Source: Camelus dromedarius (Eukaryota). From it: a stretch of DNA of 64,000 nt. The DNA is taken from NCBI RefSeq assembly GCF_036321535.1, contig NC_087437.1:12092001-12156000 (forward strand). The letters run 5' to 3'. This document shows, piece by piece, positions 26,193 through 39,512 of this stretch; position 1 is the first letter of the stretch; each line of letters opens with the position of its first letter. Under the pieces are notes generated by a model, which ran no database searches, was not told the DNA's origin, and worked only from the letters and a program-made list of their open reading frames with translations. The translations under genes were made by a program, and so were the position numbers.

Positions 26193-26800
26193 TTGAATGG
26201 CATATTTTTCCCCCAAGGATGGCTTCCAATTCCATGATTCCACATACTCTTTTGCAACGTGACATTCTATAACAGTATAACAAGATGTCTTTTCCCCAAG
26301 CAAGGGATGGAGTCTCTTTTCCCATTCCTGGAGGCAGGGCTGGTCACTTCCTTGTTTTTTACTTAGAATGTGCCAGAGTTGTGCTGTGCTAGTTCTGGGC
26401 CCAGTTCTCAACAGTGGTGGAAGCTTCTGCTTTCATTCATTTTCTTCCTGGGAACTTCGTGTAAGGAAATTAATGCTGTCCTTGTGAAAAGAGAGGGCAC
26501 CTGGGGGGAAAGGCCCTGGACGTGAGAGAATGTGAACAGAAAAGTTTCAGGGAACTCTTTCCCCCAGCTGACGGCCAGTGCCAAGGGCCCATTTAAGTGA
26601 AAGTGTCCGCTTGAGCCCAGGTGCCAGCATGCGGCTGAATGAGTAGGTCCAGCCAAAGCCACATGCAGTGGAGATTGTCCAGTCCCACTGTGCTCTGCCC
26701 AAATCCCTGATTCACAGACTTACAATCAATAAAATAGTTATCATTTTTAAGCCACTAAGTCATGGGGTAGTTCATTACTCAGTAATAGAAGATTGCTAGT
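26193..26800 (+). mobile_element. MaLR LTR (MLT1G/H-like)
   Basis: cttttgcaacgtgac...ccaaatccctgattcacaga...aataaaatagttatcatttttaagccactaagt...ggggtagttcattactcagtaataga. Confidence 0.7.
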
Positions 26801-26804
26801 ATTT

Positions 26805-29800
26805 TTATTTGTATTAAAAACATTTTTTGGAGGTATAATTGACATAATAGATTAGTTTCAGGTGTGCCACATCATGATTCAATATTTGTGTATACAGACA
26901 TGATCTCCACAATAAGCCTAGTTACTATTATCACCAAGAAATCGTTACAAATTTTGTTTTATTTTTTTGTTTGTTTGTTTTTAAATTGAAGTATAGTCAG
27001 TTACAATGTGTCAATTTCTGGTATACAGCATAATGTTCCAGTCACTCATATATATACATATATTTGTTTTCATGTTCTAAGAAACTTTGTTTTTTTCATA
27101 TGATGAGAACTTTTAAGATCAACCCTCTAAGCATTGTTGATAGGGATCATACTGAATCTGCAGATTGCTCTGAGCAGTATAGACATTTTAACAACTCTTC
27201 TAATCTATGAACACAGATTATCTTTCCATTTATTTATGTCTTCTTCAATTTCTTTCATCAATGTTTTGTAATTTTCAATGTAGTGATGTTTCCCCTCCTT
27301 GGAAAAATTTATTCCTGGTCATTTTATTCTTTTTGATGCAATTATAAATGGGACTGTTTTCTTAACTTCTGTTTCTTAGAGTTTGTTATTAGTTTATGGA
27401 AAATGCAACAGATTTTTCTGTATTGATTTTGTATCCTGCAACCTGACTAAATTTGTTTATTAGCTCTAATGTTTTTCGGTGAAATCTTTAGGGTTTCCTA
27501 CATGTAAAAATGATGTCATCCTCAAATAAGGACAGTTTTACTTTTTCCTTTCTGATTTGGATAGCTTTTATTTCTTTTTCTTGCCTTATTGCTCTGACTA
27601 GGACTTCTAGTACTATGTTGAATAAAAGTGACAAGAGGGGCATCCTAGTCTTCTTCTTGATCTTAATGGTGAAAAGATGAAAGTTTTTCCTCTGAGTATG
27701 ATGTGAGCTGTAGGCTTGTCATATATGTCCTTTATTGTATTGAGGTATGTTCCCTCTATACTTTATTGAGAGTTTTTATCATAAATATATGTTGAATTTT
27801 ATGCTTTTTCTGAATCTGTTGAGATCCTACAGTGTTTATCCTGAATTTTGTTAATGTGTTGTATCATGTTGATAGATTTGTAGATGTTGAATCATCCTTG
27901 CATCCCTGGAATAAATCCCACTTGACTATGGTGTATGATTATTTTAATGCATTGCTGAGTTCAATTTGCTAATATTTGTTAAGCATTTTTCCCTCTCTAT
28001 TTATTAAGGGTATGGTGTAATTGGCCTGTAATTTTCTTGTAGTGCCCTCTTCTGTTCTTGATATCAGGTGTAATGCTGGTCTCATGAAATGAGTTGAGAA
28101 GCATTCTTATAACTTCATTTTTTGGGGAAGAGTTTGAGAAGTATCGGTAGTAATTCATCTTTGAATGTTGGGTAGAATTTATTGGTGAAACCATTTGTTC
28201 CCGGATTTCCCTTTTATTGGGAGGTTTCTGATTACTGATTTAATCTTTTTACTAGTAATCAGTCTATTCAGGTTTCTTTTCTTCGTGATTCAGTCTTAGA
28301 AGTTGGTATGTTTCTAGGAATGTATCCATTTCTTCTAGGTTGTTCAATTTGTTTGTTCCTTATAGTCTTTTGTGATTGTTTGTATTTCTGTGGTATTGTA
28401 ACTTCTTCTTTTTCATTTGTAATTTTATTTACTTGAGCCCTCTCTTTTTTCTTGGTGAATCTAGTTAAAGGTTTGTCAATTTTGTTCACCTTTTCAAAGA
28501 ATCAGATCTTAGTTCTATTGATCTTCTCTGGTCTTTTTAGTCTCTATTTCATTGATTCCTGCTTTGATCTCTCTTATTTCCTTCCTTGTACTAACTTTGG
28601 GCTTCATTTGTTCTTCTCTTTCTAGTTCCTTTAGGTGTAAAGTTATACTGTTCGAGTTTTCTTGTTTATTAGAATGGGTATTTATTGCTATGAACTTCCC
28701 TCTTGGAACTGCTTTTGCTGCATCTCATAAACTTTGGTATATTGTGTTTCCATTTTTGTTTGTCTCAAAGTATTTTTTTTTAATTTCTTCGTTGACCCAT
28801 TGGTTGGTTTTAGCATGTTGTTTAATCTCCACACATTTGTGGTTTTTCTAGTATTCTTCTTGTAATTGATTTCTAATTTCAGGCCATTTTCATCAGAAAA
28901 GATCACTATGATTTTAATTTTCTTATATTTATTAAGACTTGCTTTATATCCTAATATATGATCTATCCTGGAGAATGTTCCATGTGCACTTAAGAATGTG
29001 TATTCTGATGATTTTGGATGGAATATTACATACATATTTATTAAGTTCATCTGGTATAATATGTCCTTTAAGGTATAGAGTTCCTTGTTCTTCTGAGTGA
29101 TCCATTGATGTAAGTGAGGTATTAAAGCCCCCTACTATTATTGTATTGCTTTCTATTTCTCCCTTTATGTTTGTTAATATTTGCTTTGTATATTATTAGG
29201 TACTCCTATGATGGGTTGGATTGACTCCTTTATCATTATGCCATACCTTTCTTTGTCTTTTTATACAGTCTTTGTCTTAAAGTCTATTTTGCTTGATGTA
29301 AGTATTGCTACCTCAGCTTTCTTTTGGTTTCCATTTGCATGGGATATCTATTTTTAATCCCTTAACTTTCAGTCTGTGTGTGTCCTTAAATCTGAAATGA
29401 GTTTCTTGTAGTCAGCATAAAGATGGGCCTTTCTTTTTAATCCATTCTGTCACTCCATCTTTTGGTTAGAGAAATCAGTTCATTTCCATTTAAAGTAATT
29501 AGCAGTAGTTATACTTACTGCCACTTTAACTGCTTTCTGGTTGTTTTGTACTTCCTCTCTGTTTCTTTTTTCTCTTACTGTCTCCCTTTGTGGTTTGGTG
29601 ACTTTACTTTAGTGTTATGTTTAGATTCCTTTCTCTTCTCCTTTTGTGTATGTACTGTGGGTTTTTGCTTTGTAGTTGCCATGAAGCTTACATATAACAA
29701 CCTATATGTATAACAGTTAATTTTATGCTAATAACAATTTAAGTTTGAACACATTCTAAAACTCTACACTTTACACCCCCCCAACCACATTTTATGTTTT
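26805..29800 (-). mobile_element. LINE-1 (L1MA-age) with decayed ORF2 endonuclease/RT region and 3' tip
   Basis: ORF 28688-29050 (YTFLSAHGTFSRIDHILGYKASLNKYKKIKII...WRLNNML) matches the L1 ORF2 endonuclease end; 28268-28489 (NKIDKPLTR...KKKERAQVNKI) and 27997-28194 are downstream ORF2 pieces in different frames. Confidence 0.95.
26955..27078 (-). mobile_element. Younger L1 3' tip nested in the older L1
   Basis: ttttaaattgaagtatagtcagttacaatgtgtcaatttctggt matches the L1 3' end at 63480-63530; imperfect flanking repeat acaaattttgtttt / agaaactttgtttt. Confidence 0.75.
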
Positions 29801-31491
29801 TGAATTAGGCTAGAGTAGTCTTTTACACTTTCATGGAGGTAGGGGATAAGATTAAACCTACTAGAAATATATGGACTGGGAGTAGGGGCTATGTGGCCCC
29901 AAGGGAAACTAGGATATTATTATAGGAATAATAATGCAGAAATAACCCTCAAATGTTCCCCTCCTCATTACTTTGGTTATATTTATCTAGCTTTGTCTAT
30001 AACACTGTTTATATGTGTACTTATAGTTCCTAAAGAATAAGACCGTTACTGCTTCCTTTTTACATTTCTCTATGAGTGTGACACATTCAGGGAAGGAGCT
30101 TTGTTTATGTACAAACAGATTTGAAGTGCTTATAATCGGGACCTTTCCACATTTGTGCTCTGTTGTCTTGAAAAATCTGTCTTTGAGGGTATATATATAA
30201 GCAGATGGCTTCCTATAAATAGCATGCTGAAGAATTGCAGTTCTGCAGCAAAAAGAATAAAAATGCATATGATATGATGATGGGACTTCACCTTAAAAAT
30301 ACTCATTAATGCTGATCATAGTGACTTACATTAAATTGAAAAGCACAGGAGGGGATGAGAAATGTGTATAGATTGGACTCTTTTAAACACAAGGAATTTA
30401 ATATTCATATATTCTTAAGTTTATTCTAAATTTCTTATCATTACAGTGTGTTTCATGCAGAGGTGTGAGAAATACTCTGCACTTTTCCAGAGACTGAATC
30501 TTTCATAGGGAGAGAATATTATCTTTACAACTTGTTAAAGCAACTGTGAAATAAACTGGATCTTTTTGTCTTCAGAGTGGAAAGGCTGGTTGACACCCCT
30601 CCTCATTTGTCTAAGAGATTTTTTTTTTTCCTGAACCAGGCATATGGAAAATTCCCTAATAAGATCTGTCGATAATTCCACTGATATGAAGAATTCATCT
30701 ACTGTAATGTTTCGACATTGCCAACAAAATGACCCTGGTTCCCATAGCCTCTCTCTTGATGTGTCTAAAAATTTTAAAAGCCATTCATTCCTCTATACAC
30801 TGTTAGTTATTCTAAGGAGGGAGATGTTTTCTCTTTCTGGTCATTGATGAAATAGACTTAGTGCTTTTAGACTAAATGCATATGAATATGAGACGCAAAG
30901 CATCTCAGGAAGTCGGTGGACCAGCACAGAGAGTAAGCACAAATATCGGATGGTAAGTATTATAAATGTTGGCCAGCCCAAGGATTGCTGATTCTCTATA
31001 AGTATACTCAGCCATACCACATTGGCTTCTTCTACCACAGCCCAAGTGGCCTCAATGGATTATTCTTTCAGGTTTTCCTTTAATTCTGTTTGTAGAAAGG
31101 CATTCTACCAAAACTTGGAAATGTATTAATTTCTTCAATGACCTCCTCATTAAGTTCTTTGAATCTTTGCTAGAAAAATGGAGGCATGCTATTTGTTGGT
31201 TAAATGAGTAAGTATACAAGTGTTTGGACTTGAACAAGGGCAAATTCATACTAAGTGAGGCAGGAGTCACCTACGTGTAGTTTGTAACAACTTCTGGAAA
31301 TGCTAGTATTGTTGAGTAATATGTAGAGCACGCTGTACTTACAAATTTGAACATGAAAGAAGTGAAACAGGAGTCTGGGATTAAGCTATTTCAAGAGTGT
31401 TTTTTATTTGTGTCTGTCAGTCTCTCTTACCTTAACTCATGCATTAACTCATGTCCTTCCCAGTAGGACTATTGGGGCATTAGTGTTAGAG

Positions 31492-31720
31492 CAGTGTTTC
31501 TCAACCTCAGTGATATTGGCATTTTAGACTGGATAATGTTTCATTATAGGAAGCTGCCCTGAGGATTGTAGGTTTAGCAGCATCTCTGACCTTTGACCCA
31601 CTAGATGCCAGTAGCATCCTCCCCCCCTCCCTTTATGAAACCCAATAATAATTTTGGACATTAACCAATTTCTGCTGGGGCAAGTGGGAGAGGTGAATGG
31701 TCCCATGTTGAGAACCATTG
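31492..31720. mobile_element. MER20 (hAT-Charlie) MITE
   Basis: Ends cagtgtttctcaac / gttgagaaccattg; internal cccactagatgccagtagca. Confidence 0.85.
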
Positions 31721-32559
31721 GTTAGGAAGATTCAAAGATACCAGGCTTGAGATTTTTCAATCACCTGTCATGAAATACTCTGATTAGAACATAAATAAAA
31801 ACCATCATTTATTCTGTAAGACTGGGCTCAGAAGAAAGTTAGTGTACTGGGTACAATCATCTGACCACATACTCAGGTGTGCTGAAAATATAAATCTATT
31901 TGGGGGGACTATAACTTAATATGTATTGTGATGCCTCCTCCAACCCTATTCCACTGGGGTGGCAGAAATTTAATCATGGTCAGTACGGTATTTCTTTTCT
32001 TCAGAGCATGCCAAGCCTCAGGGACATAGTGCCAGGAATCAAGGGTGGGGTTCCAGCATCATTTGCCTATACTTAAATCCTTTGAGATGTTCATCATTCA
32101 TTCCATCTGGACTTCAGCCATTGGTCCATGTTGGTCAGTGCTAAGTCATTCCTCTCTCCCATCCTCAAGTGTCCTCAAGATCTGGTAGCTCTCTCTGCTA
32201 CTTCTGGGTTATTCCTAAACACAAGTAAGTTTTTCTGCAGCTCCAACACCATCTTGAGAGATGGGAAATTCCACAGACTGTCTAAACAATTGGGAAGGTT
32301 AGAATAGAGGTGAATGTTACCTTAGATGGCCACCATTGTGGGCCGTTTTTGTTTTACTAGAACCCTTTGGTTAAACATGAACCAGCATCATATTCTATAT
32401 GATTTTATTTCTACATTGGGTTGTGTGTTGTTTTCATTTTGTAATCAGATTCCACAGCCGGTATCTTCGGTAAGTTAGTGTCTTTACTCTCTCTCTCTCT
32501 TGAATGGTACCTAGTTTAGTTATCCTTAAATCTTACCTATATGAATGCTTGTGCCCCAA

Positions 32560-32645
32560 TCTTTTCCTCCTCCTCTCCCTTTCCTCTCCCTCCCTCCTCC
32601 CCTCCCCCTTCTCCCTTCTCCTCCTTTTTCTCCACCTCCCTTTCT
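32560..32645. repeat. CT-rich polypyrimidine low-complexity tract
   Basis: cttttcctcctcctctcccttcctctccc... Confidence 0.85.
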
Positions 32646-32799
32646 TGAACTCTCCCTTTGAGATGTTGCCTATATCCTAAATTTCCTCCTTAGAATTCCT
32701 ATTCTTGCCACGCCTCCACTCTTCTTGATGGCATTAATAAATACTGATGCTGGCTAGCCAGACGGTTGCATTTTATTTACATTATCTCGTGATATCCCC

Positions 32800-33064
32800 T
32801 AACATCTCTGGCTTCTGAGAAAGAGTGTCCACTTCAAAAGACCAAGGCAGGGGTTGCAAGGATCCTCTGACCTGGCCTTAGAAGCCACACAGCATCTCTT
32901 CCACTGCTTTGTATTGGTTATCGGTGAGTCACTAACACTAACCAGGTTCAGGGAGAGGAGAGTTAGACTCCACGTCTTGCTGGGGAGTGGCAGGGTCATG
33001 TTGTAGAAGAGCACATGGATGATGGATGCTGTTGCCACTATCATTGGAAAATACAGTTCACTGC
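32800..33064 (-). mobile_element. MaLR LTR fragment (MLT1G/H-like)
   Basis: ctgacctggccttagaagccacacagcatctcttccactgc...tagactccacgtcttgctggggagtggcagggtc...tggaaaatacagt. Confidence 0.7.
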
Positions 33065-33860
33065 ATCCATGTTTGGATGCTGGCCCTGGGGTTTACCAGT
33101 TGACTCTTTCTTTTTCCCCTTCAGGGTCTTTAAGCTCCCAAATCTTTAAGATGAGAATTAACTTCAGTTATGACTAATTTCTCTTCTGTCTCTTAATAAA
33201 AATTTCTTGTTTCCACATAGACCCCACATAACCCAAGCTATGTCTTCCTAAAGTTTAAATAAGTCATTCGTTAGGGGGAAAAAAAGGAAAGAAAAATTCT
33301 ACCATTTTGATAAATCTACCATCAACAGTAATTCAAATATAAAATTTAAAAGGAATCTGAAGGTCAGGGTTTCCCTAGAGCATTGACTTACCTGGAACAT
33401 TTTTCAGATAATATCCTAAGAAATCAGTGTACCTAATAACTCTCTTGACTTCAGTTATTTGATTGATCGAGTCCCTTTCTGTTTAAAGATGAATATCTAT
33501 ATGACAGGAGATGAGATAGAAACAGGAAGACAGCTTGTTAATACTGTGTCAACTGTAATTCTTCTTCTGTTAAGGTAGAATAAAAACACTTTTAATAAGC
33601 ATTCTGAAACTTAGTGCCTCCAAATCAGGGCCAATCATTTCCTTTTTAAGTGAAAGATCACGGAGAATAGTCTCAACCCTTAAGAGGAAGGAAGATTTGA
33701 AGTTTTAGAAGGCCTGTTTTCCAGGGCCTACCTGGATGGATGGCACAGCCACTGCAAGCATAGACGTGTTGTAGTGAACAAACACGTTGTGCACAGAGCA
33801 TAGTTAATGCAGTCAAATCCTACTTCCTGAAACTGTCCACCAGTGTAGGTAGGTAAAGTT

Positions 33861-34250
33861 CTAAGTGAAGTGAGCCAGAAAGAGAAAGAAAAATACCGTA
33901 TGATATCCCTCATATGTGGAATCCAAGGGAAAAAAAAAATGACACTAATGAACTCATCTACAAAACAGAAACAGACTCACAGCCATAGTAAACAGTCTTA
34001 TGGTTACTGGGGGAAAGAAGGTGGGAAGGGATAAATTTGGGAGTTTGAGATTTGCATATGTTAACCACTAAATATCAGAATAGATAAAAAACAAATTTCT
34101 TCTGTATAGCACAGGGTACTGTATTCAATATCTTATAATAACCTTTAAATAGAAAGAATATGAAAACAAATATATGTGTATATATATATATGTATGACTG
34201 GAACATTATGCTGTACACCAGAAACAGATTATACTTCAATTAAAAAAAAA
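33861..34250 (+). mobile_element. Lineage-specific L1 3'UTR (5'-truncated)
   Basis: ctaagtgaagtgagccagaaagagaaagaaaaatacc...acaaaacagaaacagactcacag...tatacttcaattaaaaaaaaa. Confidence 0.9.
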
Positions 34251-37200
34251 TAAGCATTGTAATTCTTCCCACTCCAATCTCATACAGCCTGGAATTCCAG
34301 TTGTTGGACTGGTTATTGTAGGCTGGCATCAAATATGGCAGTTGATAGGAAGAAACACAAGTCAGTTTAGAAAGATTATTTTAGCAAATTGCCAAGAATT
34401 TTAGTATCTCGACAATATGCCTTGAAGTCTTAACAGTTGAAGGGTCTCCCCTTTATCACGCTGTTTCTGTCTTTGAAGGCTGTCACTAATAACAAGCAAT
34501 TGTGAGATATTCACTCCTTTATCTTGAAAGCTAGGATATATGAGGAAATCAGTACATTTAAAAAGTTAAGATGATGTTATTCTGTGCAGTTAGAAAAGCC
34601 AGTGTAAGTGAAGTCAGAAAATTTGGACAGCCTTGCGTGAAGTCATGACTCACTCACCTTGGGTAAGCACCTGTCCTGCCCAGGCTGAAGTTTGCTAATC
34701 TGTCAAACTCTAGAATTCCTTCCAGCTCTTGAGTTCTACCCCTATTAAATTATCCTAAGATAGCAAGTTTTCTTGATGATGAGTGTTATAAAAGACTTTC
34801 ACCTGCATTGGAAGTGGGAGCACATATTTTGAAACTCTTTCATTTCAGCCATTCTCCATCTTAACCATCCTGGCTCAGGGACTGATGCACAAACCCATTT
34901 AGAAACCTAAAGACTTCAAATTAAACCTGTTCACATTTACGATTGGCATAAAAGTCCAGCCTGTCTAAACCATGAAGAGAACGAAAAAGAGAACTTGTTC
35001 AAATACTGAGCTACTTTTAAAGTTAAATGACTTCAACTGAGAGATGACTCTTGGGAAATCACCTTCTCATTACAGCTGTGGGCTTCCCTTGTCATACTTC
35101 ATTTGAACATCTCACCGTTGCATCCATTGAGCTGTACTGCGGAGGGAATTTTATGCTTAGTATTGTTGAACGACTGTTATTTTTAACAAATGCCCTAAAA
35201 ATGTTGAATCAGATTTAGAACTGTACTTGAGTGGAACAGAAATAAAAATAAGGCAAAAAAAAAAAAAAAGCCACCATGACTGCTAGAAAAGCCAAAAGAA
35301 AGAGAGAAAACAGGAGAGTGTACTGTAGGACACAAAGAATCGTGTGGCGAGAACGGAGCCCTGCAGCCCTGGATGGGCTGGGGAGGGGTGGTTAGCACAT
35401 GAAATCCAGCTGGTGTATGGGAGGGCGCCAGTGACGCCAGATTCCCCTCACTTGTTTCTTCAAAGGTTTATAAGCTTCTAAAAATAATTCTTTGTAGCTC
35501 AAGGTTCGGAAGGCTTAATTTGCATTAATACATAATGTGTGGTGAACGTGAATATGAGAGCTTTTTATCTGTGCCTCTGAGAGGGGAGCATAGACAATAA
35601 CCAAGCCTTGCAAGGAGCTCAAAAGACAGACAGGTAGGGCGTTCACTGCCATTCCCTTTTGCTGCAGCAGGAGGGTGGAGGAGGCTGTGGCAGAGCACGC
35701 ATTATTCCCTTGCTTCTTAGGAAGATACCCAGCAGGATACTCAAGGAGAATGACAGGATATTTTGGAAAGCAGTGCTATCCAGCTCAGGCCAGCCCATGC
35801 CCAGTGGTTTGGGCTGCAGTTTGACTTTGAGTTGTGAAGTCTTCCATGGGGAACCTTGCTTCCCAGGCAGCAGGACCAAACTCAGAACGAGGACTTGGAA
35901 ATTAAAGAGACTACAGGTCACAGTAGATTCTGAGAAAGCTGCCCCAAAGAAGCTGTCTATGCTTCTCTCAGCCTGACTTTCACACTCTAAACCCTAGGGA
36001 ACAGATCACCTTTTCCATCCTCCACAGAGCATGTCACCTTGTATGCGTGACTGAGTATAAGATGGAAATTTCACTCAAAACAAGTCCTTAGAATAAAAGG
36101 TATGAATTATACTTGAGACTTTATAAAGCATCTCATGTATGGGACAGTGTCACAATCTCTTTATTTTGAACAACCAAAAATTCTGTTTGGGGAAACCAGA
36201 TTAGCGTAACATACTCTCCATCAATGCTGGTTTTGAATACTGATAAGGGCCACATGAAAAGAATCATTCTTTTGAAAAGAGACAAATTTAACATGGGGTT
36301 GGATTTCATTAACTAAAAGGCTTTAAAGATCACTTTCAAAAGCAACAGAGCCACGTCTTGTGTTGTGGAGATCACAAGCACTTTCAGAAATGAATAAATA
36401 AGTAATGAATCCTGAGGTTGTCCAAATGAGTGCTGAAGGCCTGACTTAAGTTTTCCAACAGCATCATTTTACATAGACTCAAAAAGTCAGCATCTCCAGT
36501 GGAAATAAAATGATACTCTGGAAAATTCTTAGGAGATGAAACTATGGCTGTCTTGATGGTGAAGACAGATTTAAAAGATGCATGTGGATGTTAATAACGT
36601 TGTTTGAAACAGTGAGGAGTAATATTTCCGAGAGTAGTTTATTACTAATGGAATATAATTTTATATCCTAAAGTAAGAAATTAAATATCCTAAATCTGTA
36701 TTTAATCATTTAATCTCCTTCCCTAAAAGCTTCTGTGTTCAAGTCAGTCCACAAATTTTTCTAGACTGGGAAAGTAGAAGATTGGCTTATTTATAATCTT
36801 GTCATTTGGAAGCCATAGTTTATTACCTATTCCTCCAATTAGATCAAATGTGCCCTGAGGTGCCTTCTTGTAGTGAGCTAAGAACTTACTTCACAAGCTG
36901 TAAACTCATCAAAACAACCAGATGCCATGGGATCTAGGCCCAAGAGGTAATGAGAAGTAAGAAGTGGAGTCTGGCAAGGTTGTGATCTTAAAAGTTTACA
37001 AATGAGCTTATGTACTTAGGTTATTGCAACTAGGATGAAAGAAGTGAAATGGAATTCATTTTGTTGGTTTTTGTTCATTTGAGGGTATTGTTCATTGGAA
37101 AGATATTTAATCCAACTTAAAGTGTATTCAGTCTTCCATTTGCTCAACAAAAAGGACCAAAAAAAAACCCAGAACCTCTCATGTTCCCAACACTGTACTA

Positions 37201-37569
37201 AATGCCCAGCCAGACAGAGACGAGTCACTCCTCTCTGTGCTGGCCTTACAAACTGAGTGCTGGCGTGCCCAGCTTTGTGCTTCAAATTACTGAAACAGGA
37301 TTGCAGAATCGAGGGTTCAGAGATTCATAGCTAGTTGTGAAAATGTGCATTTCTGCACTTGTCCTTTTTAATTGATCAAATATTTGATAAATAAGTTAGG
37401 TTCCAGACAGTAATGATTATTCAAAACTTATGGAACATCAGTCAAGACTCTAGGAGAAACAGAGTCATTGCTCATGTAACGACAGAAACCAAGGGTAAAA
37501 GTGTGAGAGACAGGTACTACAAAGAATAAGGACTTGTTATTTCCAGAACTTAAATGGAGATGTTTTGAT

Positions 37570-38195
37570 ATTTTTTATCGAAGTGTATTATACCTGTAGA
37601 AAAGTGGACAAATCATAGATGTACAGCTTGACGAATGTTCACAAAGAAACAGAACGTGTAACCAATATCCTGACCTATGAGACATGACATGTTTCTTCTA
37701 TTTGTGAACTTTATATAAAAGGAGTCATATTGCCTGTTGTTGTTGTGGGGTTTTTGTTTATCAACTTACTTTGCTCAACATTACCTTTGTGAGATTCCTC
37801 TATATTGTTGTGTATAAGTTTTATAGTATTCCATTCTTTGATTTATCCCTTCTGCTATTGATAAGCAATGCAAGTGATTTCTTATTTCTGTATATTATAA
37901 ATAGTGCTCCTGTGAACATTCTAGTCCATGTATTGTAATGAAAATATGTACACATTTTTGGTGGGTATGTGAAATTGGACTGGAAAGGAATTATGGGATC
38001 AAAGTGTGTATGTGTTTACCACTAGTAGACACAGCCAAACTACTTTCCAAAGTGGCTGCACCAGTTGGCATTTCTAACAGCAATGTACAAGAGTTCCAGT
38101 TCCTCCACATCCTTACTAGCCCTTGGTATTGTCAGTCATCTCTTTTTAGCCATCCCACTGAGTTTAGAGTGGTATCATGTTGTAGTTTTAATTGC
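37570..38195 (-). mobile_element. Old L1 (L1MD/L1ME-like) 3' region
   Basis: actttgctcaacatt...tgtgagattc...tttccaaagtggctgcacc...gttcctccacatcctt...gtggtatcatgttgtagttttaattgc. Confidence 0.8.
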
Positions 38196-38479
38196 CTTTC
38201 TGAAAAGGGAGTGCAGGTATGGCTCCCCTGAAGAAGTGACAACTGAGCTGAGGTTTGAAATGATACATTGTAGTTAATTAGGAGAGGAGGGGAGCAGAGA
38301 GCATTCCATGGAGAGGGAACTGTGTTATGCAGAGATCTGTGGCAGGAGGCAGCGTGGTATGAAAGAGCTGGGGAAGGGAGCAGGTGTGGCTTGTACAGAA
38401 GGAATAGACAGTCAGATGAGATGAGGATGGCTGTGTCAGGAGAGCCTGATAGAATAGAATCTTGGAGTCTTATCTTTAT

Positions 38480-38564
38480 TTTTTTATTTTTTTAATGGAG
38501 GTACCGGGGATTGAACCCAAGACCTCGTGCATGCTAAGCACCACTGAGCTATCCCTTCTCCCCC
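38480..38564 (-). mobile_element. Camelid tRNA-derived SINE (vic-1-like), inside an L2 remnant
   Basis: aatggaggtaccggggattgaaccc...catgctaagcaccactgagcta; flanking TTATCTTTAT at 38470-38479 and 38573-38582. Confidence 0.85.
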
Positions 38565-39492
38565 ACAGAAGTTTATCTTTATACTCAGGGCAACAGAGAG
38601 TCATCATAAGACTGTAAGCAGAGGAAATGATCACACTTGCTCAGATCAGTCTAGCTATTTCAGAAAACAAATTAGAGCGGCCGGATGGGAGCTGGCTATG
38701 CAAAGGAGGTGACTGCAGAAAGCCCAGGAGGACAGCTCCAGGTTTTGAGGCAGAGGCTTCTTCCTCTGGTTTGTCTCGGTCTAGAAGTCCATAGGAGACC
38801 TAATTTTCACCACAACCTCCAGATCTTTTGGGATGTGAAACCTATTCCTCGAAACCATGGGGACTAGATTACACTCCACGGTAATGTGAAAAATATTCTG
38901 GCCACGCTCCTAGCATTGGTCTGGTTAATCAAGAAACCTATTTTATAATTTACAAGCACTTAAGTAGATTGACTAATTGACTCATGCAGTTAAAATGATG
39001 GGCTCTGTTGTCTTTGCTGGCTTTGCCTTTCTGTTGGTTAAATGACAGCCTGGGGCTCATAGCTCAGTATGTGTTTATGAGAACTCACAGAACATACTGA
39101 TGCAGCCAAGGTGGCCCTCAGCATAAAGGAAACGTAGGTGACGTGGCTTTTTCACAGAGGAAGTTCATCCTTGTGTACCAGTCAAACTAGAGCCTGGTTG
39201 GCAGGCTCAGAATCACTATTACTAGGGACTTGGGATGAATTTTTGCCACTGTGATTAGTCATGAGAGTATGAAATACATCAATGTGGCACACTGATGTTT
39301 ATGTACAATAGAGTGGAAGTTCTTTATGTGAGTTTATCTAGTGAAGCCTCAGTAGATTAGACTAGCTATCTAAACAGTCATTAAAATGACAACATAATGA
39401 TCTAGAGAAATTAATTTAGACTAAATTAAAAAGTAATGTGCAGAAATCTCTCTAGATGTGGATGGGGAGGACGGAGGGTATCGGAGTGTGAC

Positions 39493-39512
39493 TGTGTGTG
39501 TGTGTGTGTGTG
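39493..39512. repeat. (TG)10 microsatellite
   Basis: Direct reading. Confidence 0.95.

Noticed and set aside
25590..26662. Cluster of overlapping 68-178 aa ORFs
   Set aside because: They largely overlap MaLR LTR remnants and show no protein homology I can recognise.
27997..29050. Endonuclease/RT-like ORFs as an active or novel retroelement system
   Set aside because: They are ordinary L1 ORF2 remnants broken by frameshifts and stops.
35410..35440. Possible CTCF site (gggagggcgcca)
   Set aside because: Only the 3' part matches the core; the CCAC/CCAG 5' half is missing.
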